Both the position numbers and the translations under genes were made by a program. Positions 48,772 to 60,030 of a stretch of 64,000 bases of DNA are shown here, one piece after another. The notes beneath the pieces were generated by a model. It made no database searches. It was not told the DNA's origin and was given only the letters and a program-made list of their open reading frames with translations. Origin of the DNA: Cyanophora paradoxa CCMP329 (lineage: Eukaryota; Plantae; Glaucophyta); contig QPMI01000556.1 in assembly GCA_004431415.1 (NCBI GenBank), positions 14,994-78,993 of the forward strand, in the 5' to 3' direction. Position 1 is the first letter of the stretch, and the number at the start of each line of letters is the position of its first letter.

Positions 48772-49584
48772 ATGGCAGAGAAGAAATCGTATTGCCTGGA
48801 AAAGCTCAAAGCGGCTTTAATGTTGCTTTGTGGATCTGATAACTTCAATGATTATGTTGCTCTTGGAAGTAACAGGAAACCGCTCCCTCTTTGGGCAAAG
48901 CTTGCAAAATATGGATTAAGTGACTATGACCTGCCTCCAGAGTCTGAGCATTGCGCCTGTGATCATCCAATTAAAGAGCAATGCTATATTCTGCATGTTA
49001 ATAAAAAGATTGTGGTCATTGTTGGAATTGCTGCATTTTACGATTTATTCCGAAGGGTGCCAGAGGTCAAGATATATGTGAAAGATGTGGAGATCGGCAT
49101 AAAAACCGAAAGGATAATTTCTGTAATAAGTGCAGAATCGCTTTAAAGCAAGAAGAACTGGAAAGAAAAGAGAACTTGAAAAACAAGAGGAAGCTCGAAA
49201 GAGGCAGCTTGAATTAGAAGAAAGAGAGCGAAGAGAGAGAGAATTAGAACAAGAAAGAGCAAGGAATAAACATGCAGTTAATCTTTTCCTGATTTGGTGC
49301 AACCAATTTATTCCGAAAATGGATAATCTTCGCAGAGATGATATAGAGAGGTTCAGAGAGGCAGATCTGCATTGATTGAAATGTATGCAGAACTCAGTAC
49401 AACAAATACATTGGTTGCTGGGTTTCAGGTGCCTTATCTTAAAAAAGATATCGCAAAAGGATTAGATTGCAGATGGAATAAGGACAAGAAAACATGGGAG
49501 ACCTTGGAAATCGAACCATTTGTAGCATTGCTAGGTAAGCATTTCAAACTTATGTATATTGAGCGATTTGGACAAAGAGGTTAG
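48772..49584 (+). CDS. Cys-rich (Zn-binding) protein with coiled coil and DUF5710-like C-terminus; frameshifted
   Basis: EHCACDHPIKEQCYI...VG(N)CC; CERCGDRHKNRKDNFCNKC; E/R-rich coil; VPYLKKDIAKGLDCRWNKDKKTW. Confidence 0.6.
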
Positions 49585-49640
49585 AGAACAAAAAATGATT
49601 TAAAGAATTCTCTATATATATTAAGAGAGACAGAGGAAAA

Positions 49641-49893
49641 ATGCCACTCAGTGAAGCCAGAAGAGAGCTATGAAGAGATACCAGCAAACTGAAAAAGGTA
49701 AGGCTCAAATCAAAAGTTTAACGAAAAAATAGCCACACAGCTTAGAGATCTATATCAAACCGATGATACCTATAGAGCAATGAAAATAGCAAGTTCATGT
49801 CAGCGAAAGTATGCAGCCAATGCAGTCTGCTTTGTCAAGTATTTGTATGATGTCCCTTACTCAAATAGAGGGAGAAAATTGAAACATGTCTAA
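49641..49893 (+). CDS. Small basic hypothetical viral protein; frameshifted
   Basis: MPLSEARR...RYQQTEKGKAQ...YQTDDTYRAMKI...RGRKLKHV*, preceded by the shared promoter-like motif. Confidence 0.45.
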
Positions 49894-50099
49894 ATTATTT
49901 TTCCCAGCATATTACTAGGCTGGGATATGCTGTTTATTCGCTGAAATACCCATTCATCCTTTTGTATCTAAACCACTCGATATATCATGTGGATAAATTT
50001 CGTAGGATACTTTCTCGATTTCCAACAAAAAATGATTGGGGACCCAAAACTACTTAAAGAAAATCTTCTATATATATAAAAGGACCCCGATCGCTGAAA

Positions 50100-52421
50100 A
50101 TGAACGCCAAACAGACTAAATCGCTCAAATCGCTCGCTAACTGGCTCAGATCTGATGAGGAACTGTCCAAAAACATGATTATCCCAGTGAAACCTGACAG
50201 CAAAGACCCTGTTTTCAAGCATAAGGGAGGTGCATGGTCCTGGGAAAAGTATGAGGAAGCGCTGGCAACTAATCAGTATGTATCTTGGGCATTCTGCTCT
50301 CAGACAACATGATGGTTATTGACTTTGATGATGAGGAGGACTTTGAGAAATTCCGGGATATGTTTCCTGATGACTTTGATGCCAATCAGCCCATGGCAAA
50401 AACTAAAAAAGGCTATCATGTCTACTTTAAACGACCTGAGGAGTTCAATAAACTCAAAATTACCGATAAGGCTCCTGGCTTTAAAGGCTTTGAGAAGGTT
50501 GACCTGAAAACAATCACTGGAACTGGAACTTCTGGACTGATCAATGTGTGTCCCAGTGTGAACAAGGCTTGGGTAATCTCCCCATGGGATGATACCTGTG
50601 ATTTCAATGAGCCTACTGATGACTTCAAAAAGTGGATAATAGATAACTACATCTATAAGAGTGAGTATACTGCTAATGCTACCTCACATGATGAACTGGA
50701 AAACAATATTATCAAAGAGCTGGTGGATATGGGATTTATGCATCCCAATATAATCTCTAAAACTGAACTTGGCTTTAACTTTGATGCTGCTAACAAGGAC
50801 TCAATTGCCCATGCTGCAATGGTTCACATGAATCGAATAACTGGTATGTTATGAAAGCTAAAGGAGATGATAACAAATACATTGTGTCAAGCTACAGTGG
50901 AAATTGCAAAAAACGATTCATCTGCATTGGAATGCAATCTGATATCTTCAATCTTATAGATAAATCCGCTGGTTCTGGTGGCGCTCATTATGATGTGAGT
51001 TTAGTATGCAAAGAGGTTCTTAAACATACATGGAGATACTCCAAAAAGTCATGGTTCAAACTCAATACTGATACTGGGATTTGGGAGCATGATGACACAA
51101 ACCTAAAGATTTACCTAGATATAAGCCGTCTTGTTGTCCCCAATACCTTGGAAGGGCTGTGCATTATAGTCAAAGAGCTTTAAAGGATGAGGAAACAAAG
51201 CAGCTTTCGAAGAAAGATCCAAAACATTGATGACCATTGCCAAAAATCTTAAACAATCAGGATTTCGCAAATCCCTTCTGACTGACTTGGTCCCACTGCT
51301 GAATGATGATGAATTCTTTGAGAAGATTGACACAGTTCCATATGTGATTGGATTCGAAAATGGTGTATTTGATCTGACCACTATGACTTTCAGAAAGGGT
51401 AAACTGGAAGATATGGTGAGCAAGACTGTGGGTTATGACTATACTGAAAATGTAGACCCCAAGAAAATAGAGCATCTCAATCAGATTTATAAAGAGATTG
51501 TGGATGATCCAGCAGAGCGAAAGTATCTTCTGGCATCCATTGCAATTGCCCTTAGTGGATCAACTAAATCCCAGAAGTTCTATATGTGGACTGGTGCTGG
51601 TGCTAATGGTAAATCACTTGTTCAGGAATACTGCAAACAGATATCTGGTCGCTATTACAGCCCTCTCGAAATATCCTATTGGACTAAGCCTAAAAAGAAC
51701 TCATCAGAGGCTACTCCTGAACTTGCCAAACTCCTTGGAAAGCGACTTGTATTCAGTAATGAGGCTGAAGATGGTGATAAACTGCAGATCTCCAAGATTA
51801 AGGAGGTCACAGGTGGAAATGAAATGACTGTGAGAGCCTTGTTCAAAGACCCAGTTATCCTTACCCAATGTTTCAGGTCTACATTACAACTAATGACAAT
51901 TTGACTATAAATAAACCAGACTTTGCAATTCAAAGAAGACTTTCCTATCAGAGATTCAATAATATATTCAGAGAGAAGCCAGAAGCTGGTCAAAAGAAAG
52001 CTGACCCAACTCTGTTCACACTTCTACACAATGATGATGAGTATAAGATGGCTCACATGAAGATATTACTGGATATGTGGAAGAACAAAGAGGTTGAAGA
52101 GATCTTAAGAAGTCCCCTCAATCGATTATTGAACAGGGAATTAACTTTATAGCTGAAAATGATAAGATTGGTGAATGGCTTCGAGATAATTTCGAGGTTA
52201 CACATAATGCTAACGACTTTGTTTCCAGTGATATCATTTACAAATCATACAAAAGTGTTGATGATAAAGTTGAATGTGTATCTGTTATGAAAAGAGTAAG
52301 GGAGATCTTCAATGTTAAATCAGAAAGAAAACGAGTTAATGGTATTCTTGCCAGAGGATATATTGGGATTCGAAAGATAACAAGGGTTCAGGAAGACAAT
52401 GAAGATGATGCCGAATATTAA
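50100..52421 (+). CDS. Prim-Pol (AEP) primase fused to D5_N and an SF3 helicase; several frameshifts
   Basis: IIPVKPDSKDP; MMVIDFDD; AKTKKGYHVYF; IGFENGVFDL...KTVGYDY; Walker A WTGAGANGKS; LGKRLVFSNE; KEVTGGNEMTVRALFK; DFAIQRRL. Confidence 0.9.
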
Positions 52422-52479
52422 AGAAAACGATTAATGATTGAGATTTACATATATTTTATAGCCTTACTGAAAATGGTTT

Positions 52480-52582
52480 GTGTGACAGGTGTGACAGGTC
52501 CATCCCAAGGAAAGCCCTGGTGAAAAGTTGATTTTCAAAATCGATGGGATAGACCTGTCACACCTGTCACACCTGTCACACC
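52480..52582. repeat. Iteron hairpin 2, ~60 bp downstream of the primase-helicase stop
   Basis: gtgtgacaggtgtgacaggtccatcccaaggaaag ... gggatagacctgtcacacctgtcacacctgtcacacc. Confidence 0.9.
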
Positions 52583-52649
52583 TATCGAAAATGACCAAAA
52601 TTTGACAAGAATACTTAAGGCTTACTTGATTGTGTATAGTGAAGACAAA

Positions 52650-52871
52650 ATGGCAAAGACTCTTGATGAGATGACCATGACTGAGTTAGATAAATGCATA
52701 AAGCATGGAGATATAGGGGCATATATCGAAATGTCACAGAGATTGATAGGTTACAATATGTATGCAGCTAAACCAAAGAGAAATAGATCAGTAAACATTC
52801 ACATTACTGTTTCAGTGTCTGAGAATGCAAACAAAAAACAACAAAAGCATATTTACAAAACTTATCTGTGA
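52650..52871 (+). CDS. Small hypothetical viral protein
   Basis: MAKTLDEMTMTELDKCIKHGDIGAY...; upstream caaaatttga...acttaagg motif. Confidence 0.5.
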   Translation: MAKTLDEMTMTELDKCIKHGDIGAYIEMSQRLIGYNMYAAKPKRNRSVNIHITVSVSENANKKQQKHIYKTYL

Positions 52872-52957
52872 CTTGATTGCAAGTATAAAGCCAATTCCTT
52901 TGTATATATTTTATAGCTGCCTCAGTGGCATACTGAGACCGCTTTTTCTCAATTATC

Positions 52958-53203
52958 TTATAGACCTGGGGGTCCATTGCTACTTTCAGTAGGCAAATAA
53001 TATTTAATCGGTCTCCCTCTTGGTCTCTGCTCCTCTTTTTGGGCTTTTCTGCGATAATAGGATGCCAGGGCTTGCTGCTTTTTATACTCTCTATATGCTG
53101 GGTCCTCTCTATATCGTTTCTGCATTGCTAGAATGTGTCTAATAGAACCCTCAGTAACAGGTTCATCACTGGTAAACTCGATTAAACTAATTGTATCCTC
53201 CAT
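52958..53203 (-). CDS. Small basic hypothetical protein with an AT-hook-like RPRGRP
   Basis: MEDTISL...KRYREDPAYREYKKQQALASYYRRK...RPRGRPIKY. Confidence 0.5.
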   Translation of the reverse strand: MEDTISLIEFTSDEPVTEGSIRHILAMQKRYREDPAYREYKKQQALASYYRRKAQKEEQRPRGRPIKYYLPTESSNGPPGL

Positions 53204-53459
53204 TAATATTTGCTGAGAAAACGTTTTCACCAGGTAAAGAACTTCTCCTTGGATACTCCTGTTGCTCATATGTATACTCTGTGGGGTCTGCTGGCATTGA
53301 CTCCACAGAAACTGTTGATCTCCTTCTCTCTCTTGCTTCAGAAGCATTATCCTCATTATCTGACATCTCAAACTCCACTCTTGTCTCACAGCATCCACTG
53401 TGGCAATTGCTCACCACATGCAGACTGAACATCTCGAAAAACTTTCGTATTATATCCAT
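53187..53459 (-). CDS. Small hypothetical protein with a Cys cluster
   Basis: MDIIRKFFEMFSLHVVSNCHSGCCE...; TTATCT motif upstream. Confidence 0.45.
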   Translation of the reverse strand: MDIIRKFFEMFSLHVVSNCHSGCCETRVEFEMSDNEDNASEARERRRSTVSVESMPADPTEYTYEQQEYPRRSSLPGENVFSANINGGYN

Positions 53460-53481
53460 GTCTCTAATAAAACAGAGATAA

Positions 53482-53853
53482 TTAAAGCCAAACTCGTCTT
53501 TTATATACTGTTGTGGCTACTCCCTTTTCTACTTCAGCTTTGGTGGCACCAGGTTCAATGGTTCCCTTCTGGGTCTTTGTTTTCATTTCATCTACTGCCT
53601 GTTCATCGATTTGGTTCTCTTTCTTAGCAATAAACTGTTTATCTGGGACACCAGTAATACCCATTTTATAGACTTCCTTTCGAAGCATCTCCTTTAGCTT
53701 GGCTCTCTCTTTCTTCTCAGTCACATACTGCTCCAAGGCACTGGATTTGGCTTCCAGATCTTTGAGTTTAGCAGTCATCTCATCCCATTGAGCTTTGGGA
53801 ATTCGATGAATATTTTGAGTGGGAGCAGTCTTATATGTGACTTCACCAGCCAT
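53482..53853 (-). CDS. Hypothetical Lys-rich coiled-coil protein
   Basis: Clean 123-aa ORF in the co-oriented gene run. Confidence 0.55.
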   Translation of the reverse strand: MAGEVTYKTAPTQNIHRIPKAQWDEMTAKLKDLEAKSSALEQYVTEKKERAKLKEMLRKEVYKMGITGVPDKQFIAKKENQIDEQAVDEMKTKTQKGTIEPGATKAEVEKGVATTVYKRRVWL

Positions 53854-53861
53854 AGACTGAA

Positions 53862-54214
53862 TTACTTTGTCTGATTCCTTACTAAGACCTTCACCTTGCG
53901 AGCCAGTGAAAGATCTTGCAAGCCTAAACCTTTATCATCAGCAGCACCAATAATTCGCCTGGCTCCCTCAGCAACAGCCTTCATTTTCGAAGCTTCTGGT
54001 GAGATGTTGAGTTGGTCACTGGTTGAAGCCTGTGGGGCTTTGTCATCGACTGATTCCTCATAGGCAGCATTAAGAGGGTCTTCTTCTTGCTGTGAGGGCT
54101 TCACCGCATTCATACCATTGAATTTCATTGGTTCAGTATTAATGGATCCATTGTTTCCACCACCTGAATAGCCAACAGCCCAGCTGGGATCCCTATCTTT
54201 CGTTTGGGAGGCAT
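53862..54214 (-). CDS. Hypothetical protein; frameshift near the 5' end
   Basis: MPPKRKIGI... (ATG 54214, TTATCT upstream) joins ...EPMKFNGMNAVKPSQQEEDP... Confidence 0.45.
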
Positions 54215-54242
54215 TGTATCTTTATTAGAATGAGAGATAATT

Positions 54243-55022
54243 TTATAAACCGCGTTTATATCGCATCAATTTATTGCTATGGACTTGGCTTTTCACTTCT
54301 TTAGGGGCTTCCTCTTTTTCTGGTGGTTTCAGTTCATCTTCTTTCTTCTTGGGCTTCCTGTGGAAGCGAGGAAAATCGAAATCTCCAACTAAATCGGCTT
54401 TATCAACATAGTAGCCCACATTATACTTGAAAGATGTATAAACAAGGAACTGGTATGAGTGGACATACTCTTCAAACAGTTTATAGAAATCTTCTTTTCG
54501 AGGAAATGTCGAAAACTCCTCTGCAAATGCTTCCAGCTCTTTTTGATTGCTTGCACAAACCATAATTACTATATCACTATTGCAGCGAATAACACTTGCG
54601 ACCTTTCTTAATTTTTGGGAAATAGTTATAATTGATATATTGACATGTCTGCACGAACATAAAGCATTCCACTGTTTTATCTCGACTGAGATCCAGCTGG
54701 TCATTTTCTATCATATCCTCTAAAATCACCAGCATATGGTTAAGTTCTTCTCCTTTCTCCCTTTTTGCCTCTCTTCTTTTATAATTTTCGACATGTATTG
54801 GGGATCCCATGCACCCAGTTGAACAGTAGCAGCTTTGTCCCAGAAATGTGAGAATGAGGTAGCGGATATAATAAGGGTTGTATCAATCTTTTTGGCATCA
54901 TGCAGCTGTTTCAAATAATATTTTACGGCTTCAGTTTTTCCGCATCCACTTTTACCTAGTATGAGTAGTCTGAAAGGGGGTTCTATCATTTCACCAGCAT
55001 TAAATTCTTCCAGATCTTGCAT
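54243..55022 (-). CDS. A32/FtsK-like viral DNA packaging ATPase; frameshifted
   Basis: PFRLLILGKSGCGKT (Walker A), MLVILEDMI (Walker B), CRHVNISIITISQK...IRCNSD. Confidence 0.9.
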
Positions 55023-55087
55023 TGTTGTATATCTTTCTAAATAAGTACAGATAAAAATAATGCAGAGAGACTGAATATCGTAACAAT

Positions 55088-56454
55088 CTATAAATTAATT
55101 CTGCGTAAACCATCTTTGTCGACAATAAGGAAACTATGCATGAGAGCGCGAACATTAACATCAATTGTCTTATCTGAAGGCATGTAGAGGTGAGGAATGA
55201 AGATGAGGAATTTGTCAGGTCAACAAATCCACTTGAGCAATATTTCGAATTGCCTTTTCTCCATCAAGGCAGAATGGGAGTCCTGAAAGGACATAGCGAT
55301 CAGCAACCTTATCCATGTTAGAGCATTTGAAGGCATCAGCAATTAGCTCAGCACCTTTGAGTAGGGAAATTGGCTCAGTGGCAAAAAGTCGCTGTCCATT
55401 TATTTCAGTTGTGAATGTGATGTCTTTGGAGTTGGCATAGGTCTTAAGAACACTGTGGGAGCCATTGGATTTGTCAACAGTTTCATGATCACGAACTGAA
55501 ACAAGCAGAGCATATACAAGACCTGAGATTTGAGAGAGGTTAATTCGATTGGGTTGGGCATTGCCCTTGGCAGGGAAAGCACTAGCATCTACAAATCCAA
55601 TATCAAGGGAGGGAATAGCCATGCCAGTTGTCTTAACCTTTTCAATGACAGTAGCGAAAAGCTCATCAGAAACATTAATAGCATGCATGTAAAGGCGAGG
55701 AGAAGTAATAGAAATAACAGGAGTTGTTGCACCAAGACTGAAAGTTGTGATATTTTGACCAACATGGGCAAGTGTGGCATTAGCAGTATCACCAAGACCA
55801 TCATCTTCTGTCTTATCAGCAACTGTCCCACCAACAACAGGGAGAGAGCGACCACCATAGGAAGTTTCAACATAACCCTTTCCAGCATCCTTAAACCAAA
55901 CAGTAACAACCATTTCACCAGATAAAGCACCAAGGGAAGGTAGTGATTTAGCCAAGGCACAGGAATTTCAACAAAGAATGAGCCACCAAGGCGGTTGGTT
56001 CCATGAGCAGGGATGCCATGAACCATGCCCATTGATCGCTTCTTTTTAGCTAGTTGATCCTCCGAATAATAGACCAGGGGAAATGAGCAAGGAAATCAGA
56101 TGGAATATGGTAGGTGTAAGATCCATAGGTAATTTCAAGTCGCTGAACTAAAGCACCAACTGGGCGAGTGTATCCATTGCGAACTAGGTCAGTATCACCA
56201 GCAAACGTGATGGCTGGAAGGTCGAAAGCAAGTTCGAGTTTTCCACAGAAATTGTAGCGAGGTAGCTTGAAGGAAATGCGATTTCCAACATTATTCTCAA
56301 AAGTATTGCTGGGATTCACAACAACTAGAACTGGCTTAGACTTGGATTCGAGACCAAGCATAAGGGAGTTATCCAGGAAAAAGGCTTTCGCCTCTTCTGG
56401 GGTTGTTAGGGCTTCTTTCAGCGAAAGTCTTTGAAGAGTGGAAGTGATATCCAT
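55088..56454 (-). CDS. Probable double-jelly-roll major capsid protein (~455 aa); frameshifted
   Basis: RISFKLPR...LELAFDLPAI...GALVQRLEITYG; FFVEIPVPW; EMVVTVWF; PRLYMHAI; size and position between ATPase and penton. Confidence 0.72.
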
Positions 56455-56507
56455 TATATTCTCTTTTATTATACTGCAACATAAAAAATCTACCAATGAT
56501 CCTTAAT

Positions 56508-57514
56508 TTATGCGAAGTTTGTAATAACTGGATAGGAAGGGTGAAGCTGTGACATTCGCATCTTGAAGTATTCATAAACTGGGTCCCCAGCTGGCTCATC
56601 ACCATAGCGAATTTCAAAGGTAAGATGAACAGGTTGACCCTCAAAATCAATTGGTTCATTAATAGCATTTACAATATCAACCGAGAAAGTGGATAATCCA
56701 ACCTTTTTATTATAGTATTTGTAAAGTGGGTGAGCTTCTGTTGAATTGTAAACAACATGCTCACCATAGTCTTTATCAGGGACCACTATTTTGTGAAAGT
56801 AACCAGTCAGAAGACCATCCCCACATTGCACCAGATCACCCAGCTCCTTTACTCTCACAAACAAAACACTGTCCCTGGTCTTCTCAGGCTCAAAAGAAGA
56901 TATAATGCCATTCACGCGACCACCAGTAAAGATTCCATCAGTGAGAGCATCATAGACCTGTGATTGGATTGGGGAGTTACCATATCTTCCAGGATCAAGA
57001 CCCAGCAGTCTAGCTGAACTCAACAGCTTTTGGATTGTTTGTTGGCTTGGTTCACAGCTACTGAGAAAGCCAAGTAAAATGGTACTGCTGAGTGAATATA
57101 ATTCGTTTCAGTGATTCATCCATTTGCAGCGAATGGATGGTTGGGATTTCTGCCTTCGAATTTAGAGTTAATTACATTCACCAGTTGCTGGTGGCTTTGG
57201 ATGGGGGTGTTTCGACTTATAATGAATTGTTTCCATTGTTCATAGTCAGCAGCTGGGCGAACTGTTGGAATTCCTGAGCTTCCAGCTCCAGGAGTTTGTT
57301 CAGAATAATAAATGCTAAATGCATTGTCAACTGTCACATCTCCTGCTTTGGTTTCACCACTCACCATAGGGATACTGTTATAAAATTCGGCTGAGACCAG
57401 TCTCACAGCCCTCACATTCTCATAACTACTGGGGAGTCTAGCCACAAAGCTTGATGTGGGACCATCACCAGAGATTGTATTAAATGAGCTAACCTCGATG
57501 TAATCCACAGGCAT
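56508..57514 (-). CDS. Minor capsid/penton-like protein 1
   Basis: YIEVSS...SSFVARLPSSYENVRAVRLVSAEFYNS; LFVRVKEL; LSTFSVDIVNAINEPIDFEGQPVHLTFEI. Confidence 0.78.
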
Positions 57515-57542
57515 TCTTCTTTATCTATATTTATATATTAAA

Positions 57543-58465
57543 ATGAACCGGCTCGTTAATATTGATAGCAGGGATAGAAGCCAAGGACAAAATGAAACTC
57601 TTACAGGGTCAACCTCACAACTCCAGTAGAGAGACCAAGGAATGCAGGGTTCTATATGCAGAGATTCCGAACAGTATCTATAACAGTGTGGAACTGATCA
57701 TCTAACAGTTCAGTTTAATTACCAAGATGGTTCATACAATGAAGTCATCACACAGAAAGTGTATCCCCTTCCAGTGGCTACATCAATCAGGGTCATTTTG
57801 GGTAACACATCCCTATAATTATGGGCTGAACTATTCAAGCTTCAAAACAATTGCAGACAAAACTGTGTTTTTGAGTTCAAGATATTCTACAATCCAACTA
57901 CCTATAAAGTGGAGTTTTACAGTAATCATGAGTTTCGTTTATTGCAAGCAACAATCGAATCGGAAGCTTTTGGTGTAAGTTCTACTGAATACACCAATGG
58001 GTATTATAGCACTCCTCCTGTTGGTGGATCTCCATATCGACCTGAGAACCTTTTAAAGTATGATGGTAAACCTATTACACCTGATCACCCAGCATGGGGA
58101 ATCACCTTCTCAGGACCCAGACTCTCCTCAAAGCCCTTGCAGTATTATTTTGACAGCAGGAAGATGTCTGATATGAATGCTGAGCAGTATCTGTACATGC
58201 ATATTAAAGAGCTAGCCCCCTTTGCCAGCAGACACAATATAATTCCGAAATCGCAACCACATAACCAGGGGGCTATCCTTAGATTACAATTGAGTAAGGA
58301 TATAGGTGGCTATGTTACCATAGTGGTGAGCATGCAGAATTCATTCAGATAAATGACCGAAACCTGGTGATAAGGGAACTCACAGTTGAGTTTAAAGATT
58401 ACTTTGGTGAACTGATTGATATGAATGGAATCGATAATTCGTTTCAGTTGGAGTTTATCGAATAA
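57543..58465 (+). CDS. Minor capsid/penton-like protein 2; heavily frameshifted
   Basis: MNRLVNIDSRDR; LYAEIPNSIYN; EQYLYMHIKEL; LKITLV; MNGIDNSFQLEFIE*. Confidence 0.72.
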
Positions 58466-58875
58466 AGGCACCTGTAAGTCAACTCTCATTGTGGAGCATT
58501 CACATACACAAGGGATAAATGCGAATATATTGATTCTGAGAGAAAACCTATGTAAAAAGCATCTTTGATGCTGAGAGGAAATCCACTCAACAGAGCCAAT
58601 CACCTGAGTTGTGAGCATTGTTAATGTTCTCACAGACATATATTTTGTTCTGCCATCTATCGAATAAAAGACCAGTTGATCCATCAGTGGATGTTGCCAC
58701 ATTGAAAGTCTTAATAAAAGCATTGGTGTCCCTGATCCATAGGCAATCACAGAAGAGAGTTCAAAAGTATATGGAAAGCAACTTGTAGGTATTCAGTGGG
58801 GTTTCCCATATCTGTTCAGGAGCATAGGCTCCAGCTTCCCAGCCAAATGCTGAAGGTCTAGCCATGAAAGGCTCT

Positions 58876-59987
58876 TTACCTGTCACAGAGGATGAGGCAG
58901 TAAAGCATCATCTGCAAGCTGATACCAATTAGCATCCAAAGGAGTGATGTAGTGAGAGTGGATGAGATGTAAGCCTTTGTAGGGTTCTTTAGTTCATAGT
59001 TTGCTACTAAAAGGCTGCAAAGCTTATTGATCATATCATTGTTTGCTGCTATGTATGTTTCTGTGAAAGAAAGCATATCTGGGATTTTAGAAGTGTCATC
59101 AAGGGAGCTACTATATGATTTGGAAGAGGTACTGATAGCCTGTAATATCTCCCATAATCCTGATCATAGTTGTAGGGTAACAACTCCTCCATTTTATCAA
59201 GGGCAGAAAGCTCACTTGCAGCCATGAGCATGTTAATCAATGGGCTTCCATCTGTTGAGGCAATCCATGAGAGAATGCCCCAGCTGTTCACAGTCTCATA
59301 AGCATAACCCACATAATCAGACTCTAAATGTGGGTCTACCTCTCCACAAGAGATGCTTATTACTATAATATCATCATCATCACTGTAAATCTTCTTTGCA
59401 TGGCTGTAACCACACACACTGGGATTATTGTTTCCCGAATGGCACCATCAATGAGACAGACATATACTCCCCGATTGAAATCAACAATGCTTACAGGAGA
59501 GAAATATGTAGGAGCAGCAGAAGTAGCCCTGGCAGCAATCTTACAAGGCATAAAGTTGTAATTGTTGTCATTTGTGATAAATATTGGTTTCATATTCTGA
59601 GTATCAAAGGATGTATCACAATGTCTTTTAGGGAATCTGTATGAGTGATTCACCAGTAACTGAATTGATTGCAGTCTCCAAGGTCCCACATCATACTTTG
59701 TATTAAATAGGCATTTTCGATTATATTTCGAGGATTTGCGAAAATCAAGGGCAGTTGGCTAGGTAAATGTTGTGTAAATCGTTTGCTGTGAGTTTAGGTT
59801 CACCTGGTTTATCAGGATGCCTTATATTCAAACCTATTGCAATGATCCCACCAGTGGAAGTTCCACTCACAAGATCCACAAGATCGATTATTCTCCTGCC
59901 AGTTCGATTTTCGATTTCTTTAGCAGCCTGGTTATGATAATGCCCCTTGCACCCCGCCAGAAAGACTTAAAACGACTTGAGAGGCAT
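58876..59987 (-). CDS. Patatin-like phospholipase; frameshifted, 3' end uncertain
   Basis: LSLSGG(G)ARG; EIENRTGRRIIDLVDLVSGTSTGGIIAIGL; ARATSAAPTYF; LIDGA; IVISISCG; WGILSW. Confidence 0.85.
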
Positions 59988-60030
59988 CTTTTACTTATCA
60001 GGAATTTTATAAATCCATATAGTAAAAGCC

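Noticed and set aside
49903-49924. cccagc...gctggg hairpin as a giant-virus-style termination signal
   Set aside because: The stem is only 6 bp and comparable hairpins were not evident after other genes.
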